A stretch of DNA of 64,000 bases from Okamejei kenojei (lineage: Eukaryota), in assembly GCA_035221665.1 (NCBI GenBank), contig CM069151.1:39618001-39682000 (forward strand), written 5' to 3'. The position numbers and the translations under genes were made by a program. The notes under the pieces are model-generated. The model ran no database searches, was not told the origin of the DNA, and worked only from the letters and a program-made list of their open reading frames with translations. Shown one piece after another: positions 49,511 through 60,435 of this stretch; the stretch's first letter is position 1, and every line of letters begins with the position of its first letter.

Positions 49511-52500
49511 AAAATAGTAAGATTAAACGAGAACTTACCTGTTCGAAGTTTGATCTATATTTTATGAGGCGTTACGATGAGCGATTACATGAAGAAGCCC
49601 GCCAGGCGCATGCGTATCATACTTCAAAGCAGCGGCGTGAAAAACACAGAAACCGATAGCCGAAGTAAGATAGTAAGGCTTACAGAAGACTAGAACTACC
49701 AGATGAACCTTTAGATTATGAGGACCGGGAGCAGAAGGCACGTAATCCCTCATCGTAACTCCTCATAAAATAAAGATCAAACTTCGAACAGGTAAGTTCT
49801 CGATTAATCTTACTATTTTACTTCGGAGTCACGTGAGCGACTACGTGAAGATTTTAAAGCTCTGTGATTTTCATGCCGTAGATTCACTCCATATGACACA
49901 CTGCTTCAGTTGACACAGTAGTGAATAAATAATATATTGAACATTGCTTTAAATTATTCAATAACTTTGTTAATAATAATAATACCAAGGAAAGTAATAA
50001 CCCCTCTATCCCAGAGGAAAATTACAACAAATGATATGAAACAAAGCAAACAAATTGAACAGAACACAACATGGCATGTTAACTTACAAAATTCTTAAGG
50101 GGTTGGACAGGCTAGATGCAGGAAGATTGTTCCCGATGTTGGAGAAGTCCAGGACAAGGGGTCACAGCTTAAGGATAAGGGGGAAATCCTTTAAGACCGA
50201 GATGAGAAAGACTTTCTTCACACAGAGAGTGGTGAGTCTCTGGAACTCTCTGCCACAGAGGGTAGTTGAGGCCAGTTCATTGGCTATATTTAAGAGTGAG
50301 TTGGATGTGGCCCTTGTGGCTAAGGGGATCAGAGGGTATGGAGAGAAGGCAGGTACGGGATACTGAGTTGGATGATCAGCCATGATCATATTGAATGGCG
50401 GTGCAGGCTCGAAGGGCTGAATGGCCTACTCCTGCACCTAATTTCTATGTTTCTATGTGCAAACCCTGGCATTGTGACAACAGGTTTATCATAAAATCTA
50501 GAAAAAGTTACTTCTTTAGACCATCCTGCGGCCTCTAGAATTTGGTTGAGCGGCACGTCCTGCGCCTTCACCGCGGACATTGATGCCACCCTTGTGGAGT
50601 TGAGATTTAATACATGAGTGTGAACTCCAGCTAAATACAGAACCTATTTTAACCATCTAGAATAGTTTGTATTGTCACATTTTTTAAATTTGTTTTTTTT
50701 ATTTTGTGGGTAATGAGCATTGGTGTCTCACAATCTCGGAGACTCTTAGTTACTTTAATATATTGAGTCAGATGCTTAACCACACACAATGTTTGGTCGA
50801 CAGGGTATGCTTTAAAGATTACCTTGGTTCCAGCCTTTCCTGGCTTGCTTTGGTTGCTTAGATCATACACATAAAAAAATAAATTTATCTACAGACAACT
50901 GCATACAATCTAAGTGCAACATTTGTAATGTTTGTACTCATTGTGCTGATACTAATGGCATGAGCATAACCACTTTAAATATTAAGTTCTGAAAAGACAG
51001 TGACGTAATTGGAGCCCACTGCCGAAGCAATGTGAGAATTATACTGACATCCCAGATTTCTGTATATCTGGGTTTGGTAGGATTTTATTAAAATTCCTCT
51101 CATAAATCGGGATATTAACGGATGAGACCCGATAGATTATCGTTCTGAAAATTGTCCTAAATAGGAGGACAAAGTACTCCGAGCACTATTAATGGCACTA
51201 TATCTCAGGTGCAACATAGCAAGGAACTCCAATACATCTGATATGTTTGCAGTATGATAAAACATATCTGACTGTGTACAAAAGATTTCCCATTTCCTTA
51301 TATGAGACATATATTGTTTCTTAGTGCTATCTCTCCAAGCTGCAGTTATAACATCCATCGTCCTATCCGACAGTTCATCAGAACCTGCAGATTAACAATT
51401 AATACGATCATGTAATGGATGACTTCTCCTATACTGGATGTACCAACAATACTGCAGCTGGGGATTGTCATGAATGGCTGAGTCATCATTCTGAGCACCA
51501 ATGGGAACAATGGCTGTGTAGACCAGTTTGGAACCACCAAACGCCTGCGGCGGAGTCTCGCTCTATTTTGGTGAGACATTGCCTAATCAGGCAAAATGGG
51601 GAAAACATAGAAGACTATACTTCCCCAATGTAGCAAGAATGCATCCACCGCTACTGCTCCTGGGTTTGGCTCCTATGATATATTTAGGCAACTGGATATT
51701 TAATCTGGATGCAAACAGATCAATATTTGGTACCCATACCGACTGACAATCTTTTTGAACTTCTGGATTTAACATCCATTCTGTATTGTCATTGAACTTT
51801 CATGATCTGGTGTCTGCCACAATATTGTCTCTCCCACAGCTGTGGTATTGTCTACTTGTAATTGAACATGTAAGTCATTCATTGTAGAACAATAAGCTAT
51901 CATTGCATAAAACGCCCCCAATAACTCCAAATAATTGATACCATGTGTTAGGAGAATTAATCGTCTTGGACAGTCCATCAACCACCTCAACTGGTGGCGC
52001 TGTCCTTACCTCCCCATCCGAGAGCACTCCCATCAGTTTGTAATACCACTGAAGGTCGCTGAACCAAAATATTTTCTAGTAGCTTGTGCAGCATTGAGAA
52101 CCCACCATTGCAATTCAGCTAAAGCTTTAGTTGGTAACTGCATGGACCTATCAAATGACCTGCATGCTTATTTATTTATTTATTGGTCCGTTTTATTTAT
52201 TTATTTATTTATTTATTTATTTTTGGGGTTTTTAATCTTTTTTTATTTTTATTTTTATTTATTTCTTTATTTAAATTTTTAATTAAAAAAAAATAGTGCT
52301 TGTCCTCTGGCTCTTTGCAGACTTTGATAATGCAGAGCTCCAAACTCGACAGCAGGACTGCTGTTACCATTTTACCAATACCCGTAGCTACTTCTCGGAT
52401 GGAGGGATAAGGTCTCTCAGCGAGACAAGTACAGACATTTGTAATATCCCCAACTTTATCTGTTAGCATGTTACTGACATATCAACTGAATTAATGACAA

Positions 52501-54830
52501 ACCCCAAATAATCAATTGTTTGGGATGGCTGTAACTTAGATGTTGTTGGATGGACAGAACCCTAGCCTTTCAATAGGCTTATGGTTGCTGAAACCAGTTC
52601 TTCAGTTATCTCCTGAGTGGCAGTTACAATTAACATATCCTCTATATCCTCTAGATACCATTACAATGTGATTCTGAGCCCTCAGTAACCCCAGGGCTGG
52701 TTTCAATAATTATGTGAACAGCCTGAGAACTGAAGTTAACCCATTTGGTAATTCTTTAAATTGCCTCAGCTGACCCATCGAATTAACTTAAAGTACCTGC
52801 GATAATGATGCATTGGTACTGAATAATAAGGTATCTTTTTAAAAAAATTTTTTACGTCTACAGTAACCATATAGCAGCCTTGTGATAACAACTGCGTTAC
52901 AGTGTTGAATGTGCACTTTATTAAATGCCTATATTGAACATATGAATTTACTTTGTGAGGTCCAGAATGATTCTGCAACCCCCATCTTATTCTGTCTGGG
53001 ATATATTTTCTACCTGACGAGTTTCTGGTGCAGCAAACACCAAACCGATCAATATTATGCAGCATCATTCATTATAAAACAATTGTAATCTTACACCCAG
53101 CCAGAGGTTGTACCCCAGACGTTCTATGTGTAATGGAATGAAGTTCCTGTACCTCCGTAAATGAACTAGAAGATCCTGAATTGTTTTGGCAAATTTTCAC
53201 CAATAATTAATCTGGTTATTGTTTGCCCTACATTGTTCTGCATTTTTGGGTATAATGTTGGCCAAATGGCAATTTTCATCATATAATTAGGTTCGAATAG
53301 GCACTGCAGAGTAACGCAAGCCTGTCTTTATGTTTTGGACATTTATCGACCCTTGTATGTCTTCCCCAAATGCAGTGATGCAAACTGATATCAGCTAGAG
53401 GACATGCTGGAAACACATTTCCTGCCCTTGCATCGTAACACTCATGGGTGCCCAAATTACTGAGTTTACTGTTGGCACCCTGAGCGAGGCACAATAGACA
53501 GGTGTTAAATATATTTTACTGTTTCAGTCATAACAGTTTCTTGGAGCAGGTGAGAAACCAAATAATTTTGGCAGCCAGGTCTCATCCATAGCCTCACCAG
53601 TCGATACCAATATACCAAACTTGATGCTACATCGGGAACACCCGGAGCATGGCTCTTGTGCTCTGGTGTATACACATAAGTAGGGACACCAGCTTTAGGG
53701 TCAGTCTCCTCCTGCCCTGGTACTCCCGAGTCTTGCTCTATGGAGACCTCATCCAGACCTAAACAAGGCACTGGAGAGTCAGATTCCCATTTTTTTTTTT
53801 TTTTTTATTTAAAAAATTTTTTATTTTTTTTACAGGCACCATACTCAGTGTATGGAACTCCTTCAGAGGCTGCCTGGGAATCTCTGGGTCTTTGGACCCT
53901 TGACTGATTAAGTTTGGAGCATTTTAGTCTTGCTCTAGGGAGACCTCATCCATACCTAACAGGGCACTGGAGAGTCAGATTCCCATTTTTAACAGGCACC
54001 ATACAGAGTGTATGGAACTCCTTCGGAGGCTGCCTGGGAATCTTTGGGTCTTTGGACCCTTGACTGAGTAAAGTGTGGAGCATTTTCTCCATTTCTTGTC
54101 TCCCCCACATTCTTGTCCTCTCTTGGAGGAGAGTAACTTATTTACATTTTCTTGTGTATTTGTGCATAATCATATATGTTCATGTTTAGAATTATAGATT
54201 CTGACAGGTACATTCTGCTTGCAGAATATTTATATTACTCTCAGTATCATACATTTCTCCCAATATAAGGATTGATGTGGCTGTATTGGGTATAATATTT
54301 TGTACCCATCTCCCTGCCTCTGCTGGTCTCCCAGAATCAACCCCCTTTGTATTTAACCTGCTTGTTTTCTCAGAGCAGGGATGAGAAATTTTATAAGACA
54401 CATATCTTGATCATACACATCAACTAAGGAACTGCATCTGGTAACACATACTCAGAGCAGACCTTGTATGCTTCCCTATCGTTGTGGCCTCAGCCCGTAT
54501 GACTCTAGCAGCTGGAGGGTATTAACTACGGAATAACGGCCACCGGTATCGGAATCGGCACTGCACTTATCTATTTTGCCGATCGCTGTGATGGGACTGC
54601 AATGCTGCCTGGCCCACGCTTACTCCTCCCGCTGTACAGGCTCCTGCTGACTCACAAGCCAGCCTTACGGAGCTGGAAGTTTTAAAAACTTACCTGCGAG
54701 GTTTTCCACTTACCCTGGTGGAGCTGCGCTCTCCAGCTCCGTTCAATGCGACATGTGTCGACGTAATGATGCGCATGCGCCTGGCGGAGCTTCTTCATGT
54801 AGTCACTCACGTGACTCCGAAGTAAAATAG
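49511..54830 (-). mobile_element. DIRS1-type retrotransposon, copy 4 (both ends intact, degenerate, CR1 inserted; intron 5)
   Basis: Termini flanked by aaaatag at 49511-17 and 54824-30. ICR at ~49738-49851. YR, MTase, RNase H and RT fragments in ORFs between 50386 and 53068. Confidence 0.92.
50080..50457 (+). mobile_element. Young CR1 3' end inserted in the DIRS copy 4 YR
   Basis: YKILKGLDRL and RTRGHSLRI motifs, (tttctatg)n tail; the DIRS sequence is continuous across it. Confidence 0.88.
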
Positions 54831-55912
54831 GTGCAGGAGGAGGCCATTCGGCCCTTCGAGCCAGCACTGCCATTCATGGCTGATCGTTCCGAATCAATAA
54901 CCCGTGCCTGCTACTGGTAGGCTAGTGATGCTACTATGTATCACATAGTGAGGAAACCGTAATTAAATGGTTGGTCCTATTGAATTTTTGGTAAATAGTA
55001 TAACAATAATAAACGAGACAAAACTAGAGGACTCAACAATGGTAATGCCATTAAATGTCAAGCGTAGATGGTTACCATCGTACTTGTTGGATATGGTCAG
55101 TGCAATTGGTTATTTTCGCTTGAAGTGGCGAAAGATTGTTGGGCCTAGCACATTGCCTGGAGGAACCCCTGATGAGATGTCTGATGACTGGTATAAGTGA
55201 CCGCCAGCAAAGTACCAATTTGCTTTCTTTGAGGTATGATTGCATATTGGAGTGCTTTCTCCTTAATGTCCATTGACTTTAGACTTGTCAAGGATCTAGA
55301 ATATCGTGTTAACGAAGAAACTGCAGATGCTGGAGAATCAAGGGTTACACAAAAAGCTGGAGAAACTCAGCGGGTGCAGCAGCATCTAAGGAGCGAAGGA
55401 GATAGGCGACGTTTCGGGTCGAGACCCTTCTTCGGACTGGTCAGGGATCAGGGAAACGAGAGATATAGACAGTGATGTGGAGAGATAAAGAACAATGAGT
55501 GAAAGATATGCAAAAAAGTATCGATGATAAAGGGAACAAGCCATTGTAAGCTGTTTGTGGTGTGAAAATGAGAAGCTAGTGCGACTAGGGTGAGGAGGGA
55601 GATAGAGATAGAGGGAATGCCAGGGCCCGAGGGCTGAGGGAGAGGTGGGAGGTAGAATATCGTACCTGGCCATCTGCAAAGTCAATCTTCTCACCTCTGA
55701 AAGGTGATGAGGACAGGAGCTGTGAAAATCTGGCAAAACCTAAACCGGACATCAATGAACCATTTATTAGAGAGTCGGTGCAGCTTCACTGGCACTTCCC
55801 AACAATTTGTTGATGACTGAGACTGAGATGACTGAGAACACGCTGTGTGGTTGGCACATTGAACCATAGACAAAGACAAAAGTTAATGCACTGTGTTTTG
55901 CCTATTTTGTAG

Positions 55913-56026
55913 AATGAAACCAATGAGGAAGAGATCTGCTATGCCAAACTGCAATGGGCAATGACACGGAGAGCAAGAAAGGAGGAGGAGGAGGAGGAGA
56001 CTGTGTACAGCCCAGTTCTTCGCTGA
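55913..56026 (+). CDS. IgSF V-C1 receptor, last exon (NETNEEEICYAKLQWAMTRRARKEEEEEETVYSPVLR*; ITIM + ITSM)
   Basis: Acceptor gttttgcctattttgtag|, phase 0 matching exon 5. ICYAKL fits the ITIM consensus and TVYSPV fits the ITSM consensus TxYxxV/I. TGA at 56024-56026, followed by two AATAAA. Confidence 0.85.
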   Translation, partial: NETNEEEICYAKLQWAMTRRARKEEEEEETVYSPVLR

Positions 56027-56073
56027 AAGACTAATGGAGAGGGCAGCTGCAAATAATGAAACAGTTCAATACA

Positions 56074-56093
56074 AATAAACATTCTTGAATAAA
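56074..56093 (+). terminator. Polyadenylation signals of the IgSF gene
   Basis: AATAAA at 56074-79 and 56088-93, ~50-65 nt after the stop codon, with T/GT-rich sequence downstream. Confidence 0.55.
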
Positions 56094-57291
56094 CCTTGGA
56101 TCAAACCTTTGCATCCAAATCTTCCTATGTGATCATTCCCAATGTATTTCTCTTATTTCTGTTTACTTCGTTGATTAGATGCAAGTCGTGTTTGTACGTT
56201 GTTCCACATTCCTCTTTGTGCTGTGCTTGGATGAATATTTTGCCTGTTTTGTATGAGCTGGCTTTGTGCTCCATTCACCTTTATGGATCAGTTATGTGCT
56301 GGAAGTTCTAGTTCTGTCATCAGTATTATCCCAGTGTCATGTATTATTATCATTATGTGCAAGCATACAATCATGTGCATGTAACATAAAACAATGATTA
56401 TTTTTGCCACTGTGTAAATCTATTTATTGGCAGAATCTTTAAAACAAAGTATCTAAATGCTTCAGCTAGAATTTAATATAAATCCTATCAAGGACCAACT
56501 TGCTGTGACTATTTCCCTGCCCACTAAAGCACACTCTTAAATCACAGTAAATCACAGATGTGAATCTCTTCGGGTCAGCTGATATCAGGCGAACACAGCA
56601 AAGCCCAACATCGTCAAAAAGACCTTTCTGTTTGTAACAGGCAAGTCCACCCACAAAACCACTTTGATAGGCAATTGGACATGCACGGCTTAAGCCCCCA
56701 GGAGTCTGCGGCTCTTGTATGGCCAAACTCAAGAACCGATGGATCGCGGCCTTAGGGGGAGCCCGCTGAGCCAGTCCCTCACAGCCAAATACAAGTCCTG
56801 GCGGATCGCTACTTTATGGGTTACATATAAGAACAAAATTGAACTGCATCACCATCTATAAATGTTACTTCTATGTTGAGCGATGTTTTTAAAGATTGCC
56901 AAGGCTTACTGACATTCAGTGATCACACATTGAGCATAATCATCACACCAGTCTACTCTGCCCCAAGCCCCACTCCAAATTCCACTTTAAAATTAGTACT
57001 GAAGCGGTTGAATGTGTCAACATCTGATCTGCAGTAAATTTCTACATTCTGCATTGCAATCCACAAGCATGGAAGTCACGAGTTGCAAATAAGCCTTCAA
57101 CCTTTGTTCTGTTTTACAGCAAAGAACAAGAGAAGCAATTTCCCATGGAGAACTTCTGCTTTTCCAAACCATGGCTTCAGTTTCTTCCTTTACTCTTAAA
57201 CCAAGTTTAACGAAGAGCTGATTAATACAGGAGACTCTACAGTGAGTAAAGGTGTCTAAAGAAAGACTGGGTGGATGTGACTGGTGGTGGG

Positions 57292-59018
57292 TGTAGAGAA
57301 GGTACACAGACACCTTAAGGTCTTCACTACTTTATTAATCATACATTATATAGCCCTAGCTGTACGTGGTCTGTCACGATCACCAGAGAGAGAGCTAGGG
57401 GCGTGTGGGTTACAATTATACTAACTGGTGGAGGGGTGATTAACATGGACATCGTCACTATCAATTAAAGGTGTATACACATATCATCTACATCCTTCCT
57501 CTACCAAAACAAACAGTGAGTGACAGGGCGACCACGTCTCATGCGCTAGGGTAAATGCAAACAGTAAAGTACGGGAATACAGAATCACACGTAATCGCTG
57601 TAACGAACCGGCGGCCTGACCAGGCGACCAGACCGGGTCCGCACCTCGCCATCACCTCCTTCCCCGACGGGAACAAGCGGGGACGACGCCGGGGCATGGT
57701 GGGGGCTACGGACAGGAGAACCCTTGGGGGACGAAGGCATCGGGGGGGGGATGGCGAAGAGAAGGGCGAGGAAGCCGGAGAAAGCGGGACCGCAGCCGGG
57801 AGGCGGACAGGAGGAGGACAAGGGGGGAGTGACCCAGTGGAACGGGCAAAGCACTGGGCCGCGACAGTGGCAGCGGGGGGGGCATACGGAGCCGCCGGGG
57901 GAGGGAGAGGCTCGTTCACGAGCCGGAGATGCTGGCGGGACTGGCGTTACACCCATCCGTCGTGGTTGACAAGGTACAAACGAGGCGAACCGGCAGAACT
58001 GACGACCACGGCCAGCTTGGAACGGCCAGAAGTGGACCTCATACGGACGACCTGGCCGGGGAGAAGAGGGCGGAGGACACAGCAGGACCTGTCGTGGGAA
58101 CGCTTCTGTATACGAGTTTTTGGGCAACGCATTTCCGGACCAAGGCAGGTTTAAAGACGGAGGGGGACAGGGACTGCTGAGACACTGGGACCGTGGGCCT
58201 CGTGACTCGGGACATGAGTCGCTGAGCCGGGGAGCCCAGGGCATGGTCGCAGGAGATGTTGCGGAGGTTCAGCAGGGCCAGGTAGATGTCGGAGCGGGAT
58301 AGGCAGCAACGTTCCAACAATCCTTTAGCACTGCGGACCGCGCGCTCAGCCAGTCCGTTACTCTGCGGGTATTCCGGGCTGCTGGTGTAATGACAAAAGT
58401 TGTTGGTGAACTGGCTGCCGTTGTCCGACTGCAGGCTGGCCGGTGACCCGAAGGTGGCAAAGTGGTGGCGCAACTTCTCGATGACCGCGGAGGAAGAGAG
58501 GGAGTGGAGCTGGTCAACTTCAAACCAGCTGGAGTAAGAGTCGACAAGCACCAGGAAGTGCTTTCCGTGCCACTCGAAGATGTCGGTTGCTAGCGCAGAC
58601 CAGGGCAGGTTAGCAGCTGGCTGCTGCAGGAGCGGCTGTCGCTGTTGCTGCGGAGCGAGGCTGTTACAGGTAGGGCACGCGGAGACTCTATCCCGGAAGT
58701 AGCGAGGCATGTCAGGTTTACGACAGGCAGAAGCCTTCACGGCACAGGGAGGGGGTACTGGGACTAAGAAAATAAAACGCGATAGACTGGAGACGCAGGA
58801 AGAAGAACTTCTGACGCCATGTAGAGAAGGTACACAGACACCTTAAGGTCTTCACTGCTTTATTAATCATACATCATATAGCCCTAGCTGTACGTGGTCT
58901 GTCACGATCACCAGAGAGAGAGCTAGGGGCGTGTGGGTTACAATTATACTAACTGGTGGGGGGGTTTAGCATGGACATCGTCACTGTCAATTAAAGGTGT
59001 ATACACATATCATCTACA
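57292..59018 (-). mobile_element. Gypsy-type LTR retrotransposon, internally deleted (integrase only)
   Basis: ~200-bp TG...CA LTRs at 57292-57492 and 58820-59018, 5-bp TSD GTGGG, PBS TGGCGTCAGAAGT (tRNA-Leu-like), PPT ggtagaggaagga. Integrase motifs CPTC, DIFEW, VDSYS, SDNGSQF, PQSNGLAERAV. Confidence 0.93.
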
Positions 59019-60192
59019 GTGGGATCATGTTGGAGATGATGAAAATGTTGGAGGATGATGTGTTGAATGGGTGGTGGTGAGGATCAGGGGAAGTCTATCC
59101 TTGTGTCAGAGATCAGAGGCAGGGAGTTATCAGAGACTATCTCTGAAACCTCTCTCCCCTTTTTTGATCTGTCTCCATCACAGGGGACAGACTATGGACT
59201 GACGTCCACTACAAGTAGGTTAATTGTAAATTTCCCTTTGTGTAGGGAGTTGATGAGGAAGTGGAATAACATAGAACTGGCTTGAACAGGCGATCGATGG
59301 TTGGCAACGGCTTGGTGGGCCAAAGGGCCTGTTTCTTTCAATCAAATAGTTGTACCATAAACTTTCTGCACTTGCAGAGTTAATGAAAACAAGTATCCAA
59401 TGTTCTTGTTTGATAATTTATTTAATTCTTCTATTTGGCTGAAGATGGTTCCTGACCCGAGACGTCGTCTTTCCATGTTCTCCAGAAATGCTGTCTGACC
59501 CGCTGGGTTACTGAAGCACTCACTTTATGCCTCTTTGTGTAAACTAGTTCCTTGTGTCAACAATTTATCTATATGTGTTGTTACAGTTGGGGATCCTTAG
59601 ATATGCGCACTGAAGTCCGTCTGTTCCTCAATACATGTCATTTACTGTGTATGGCCTTATCAGTCCTCCTAAAACATAAGACATACCGCCCAAAATGGTG
59701 AATACGGATGTGAAACGTCCACGTCCTCACGTTGGGCACACTGGTCTCGACGCGGCCCCAACTGAAACTGCCCGGACACAATGAACTCTACCGCAATGTG
59801 ACCGGGTCAACAACTAAGTACACCGTTTTCAGGGCATGGTGCAGCGTGTGACCCAAGTACCCGGGAAAAGGCTACCTCAGCCGTTGCAGAAATTGTCCAT
59901 GTCGTATTTTATTAAATGTGAAAGAGGGTGGACCCGCAGGAACTGCTTCCGTGTTGCCGTTGCGCATTCAAAATTGGCTATTGGTTTCCCTTCTTTATTT
60001 AGCACAGCGTTCTGCTGTAAACGAAAACATGTTTAACTTTGCAGAGGTGGCCGAGCTATTTCTGTTTCAGGGGGGTTAGTGCCCGAACAAACCAAGGGGA
60101 GAGGCTCAATTCGATCAAAATAACGTGTGTATTTAGATCATCGTCAATAAAAGCTGATAGTTCACTGTGTAGGATGGTAGTTTAAATCGAAG

Positions 60193-60358
60193 ACAGACAC
60201 AAAATGCTGCAGTAACTCAGCGGGACAGGCAGCATCTCTGGAGAGAAGGAATGGGTGACCTGAAGGTCTGAAGAAGGGTCTCGACCCGAAACGTCTCTCA
60301 CTCCTTCTATCCAGAGATGCTGCCTGTCCCGCCGAGTTACTCCGGCATTTTGTGTCTC
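60193..60358. repeat. Palindromic Penelope pseudo-LTR-derived repeat with a hammerhead-like core
   Basis: Inverted arms gacacaaaatgctg...cagcatctctgga / tccagagatgctg...cattttgtgtc, with centre ctgaagaagggtctcgacccgaaacgtc. A similar palindrome lies at 32634-32800. Confidence 0.65.
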
Positions 60359-60435
60359 ATTGTTGGTCCCGCCTTCACATTCACCGCCTCAACGTTTCAA
60401 GTTCAAGGGCGGGGTGGGTTGGCGAGAAATAGGAG

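Noticed and set aside
57539-58302. GC-rich ORFs on both strands
   Set aside because: Alternative frames of the Gypsy integrase region.
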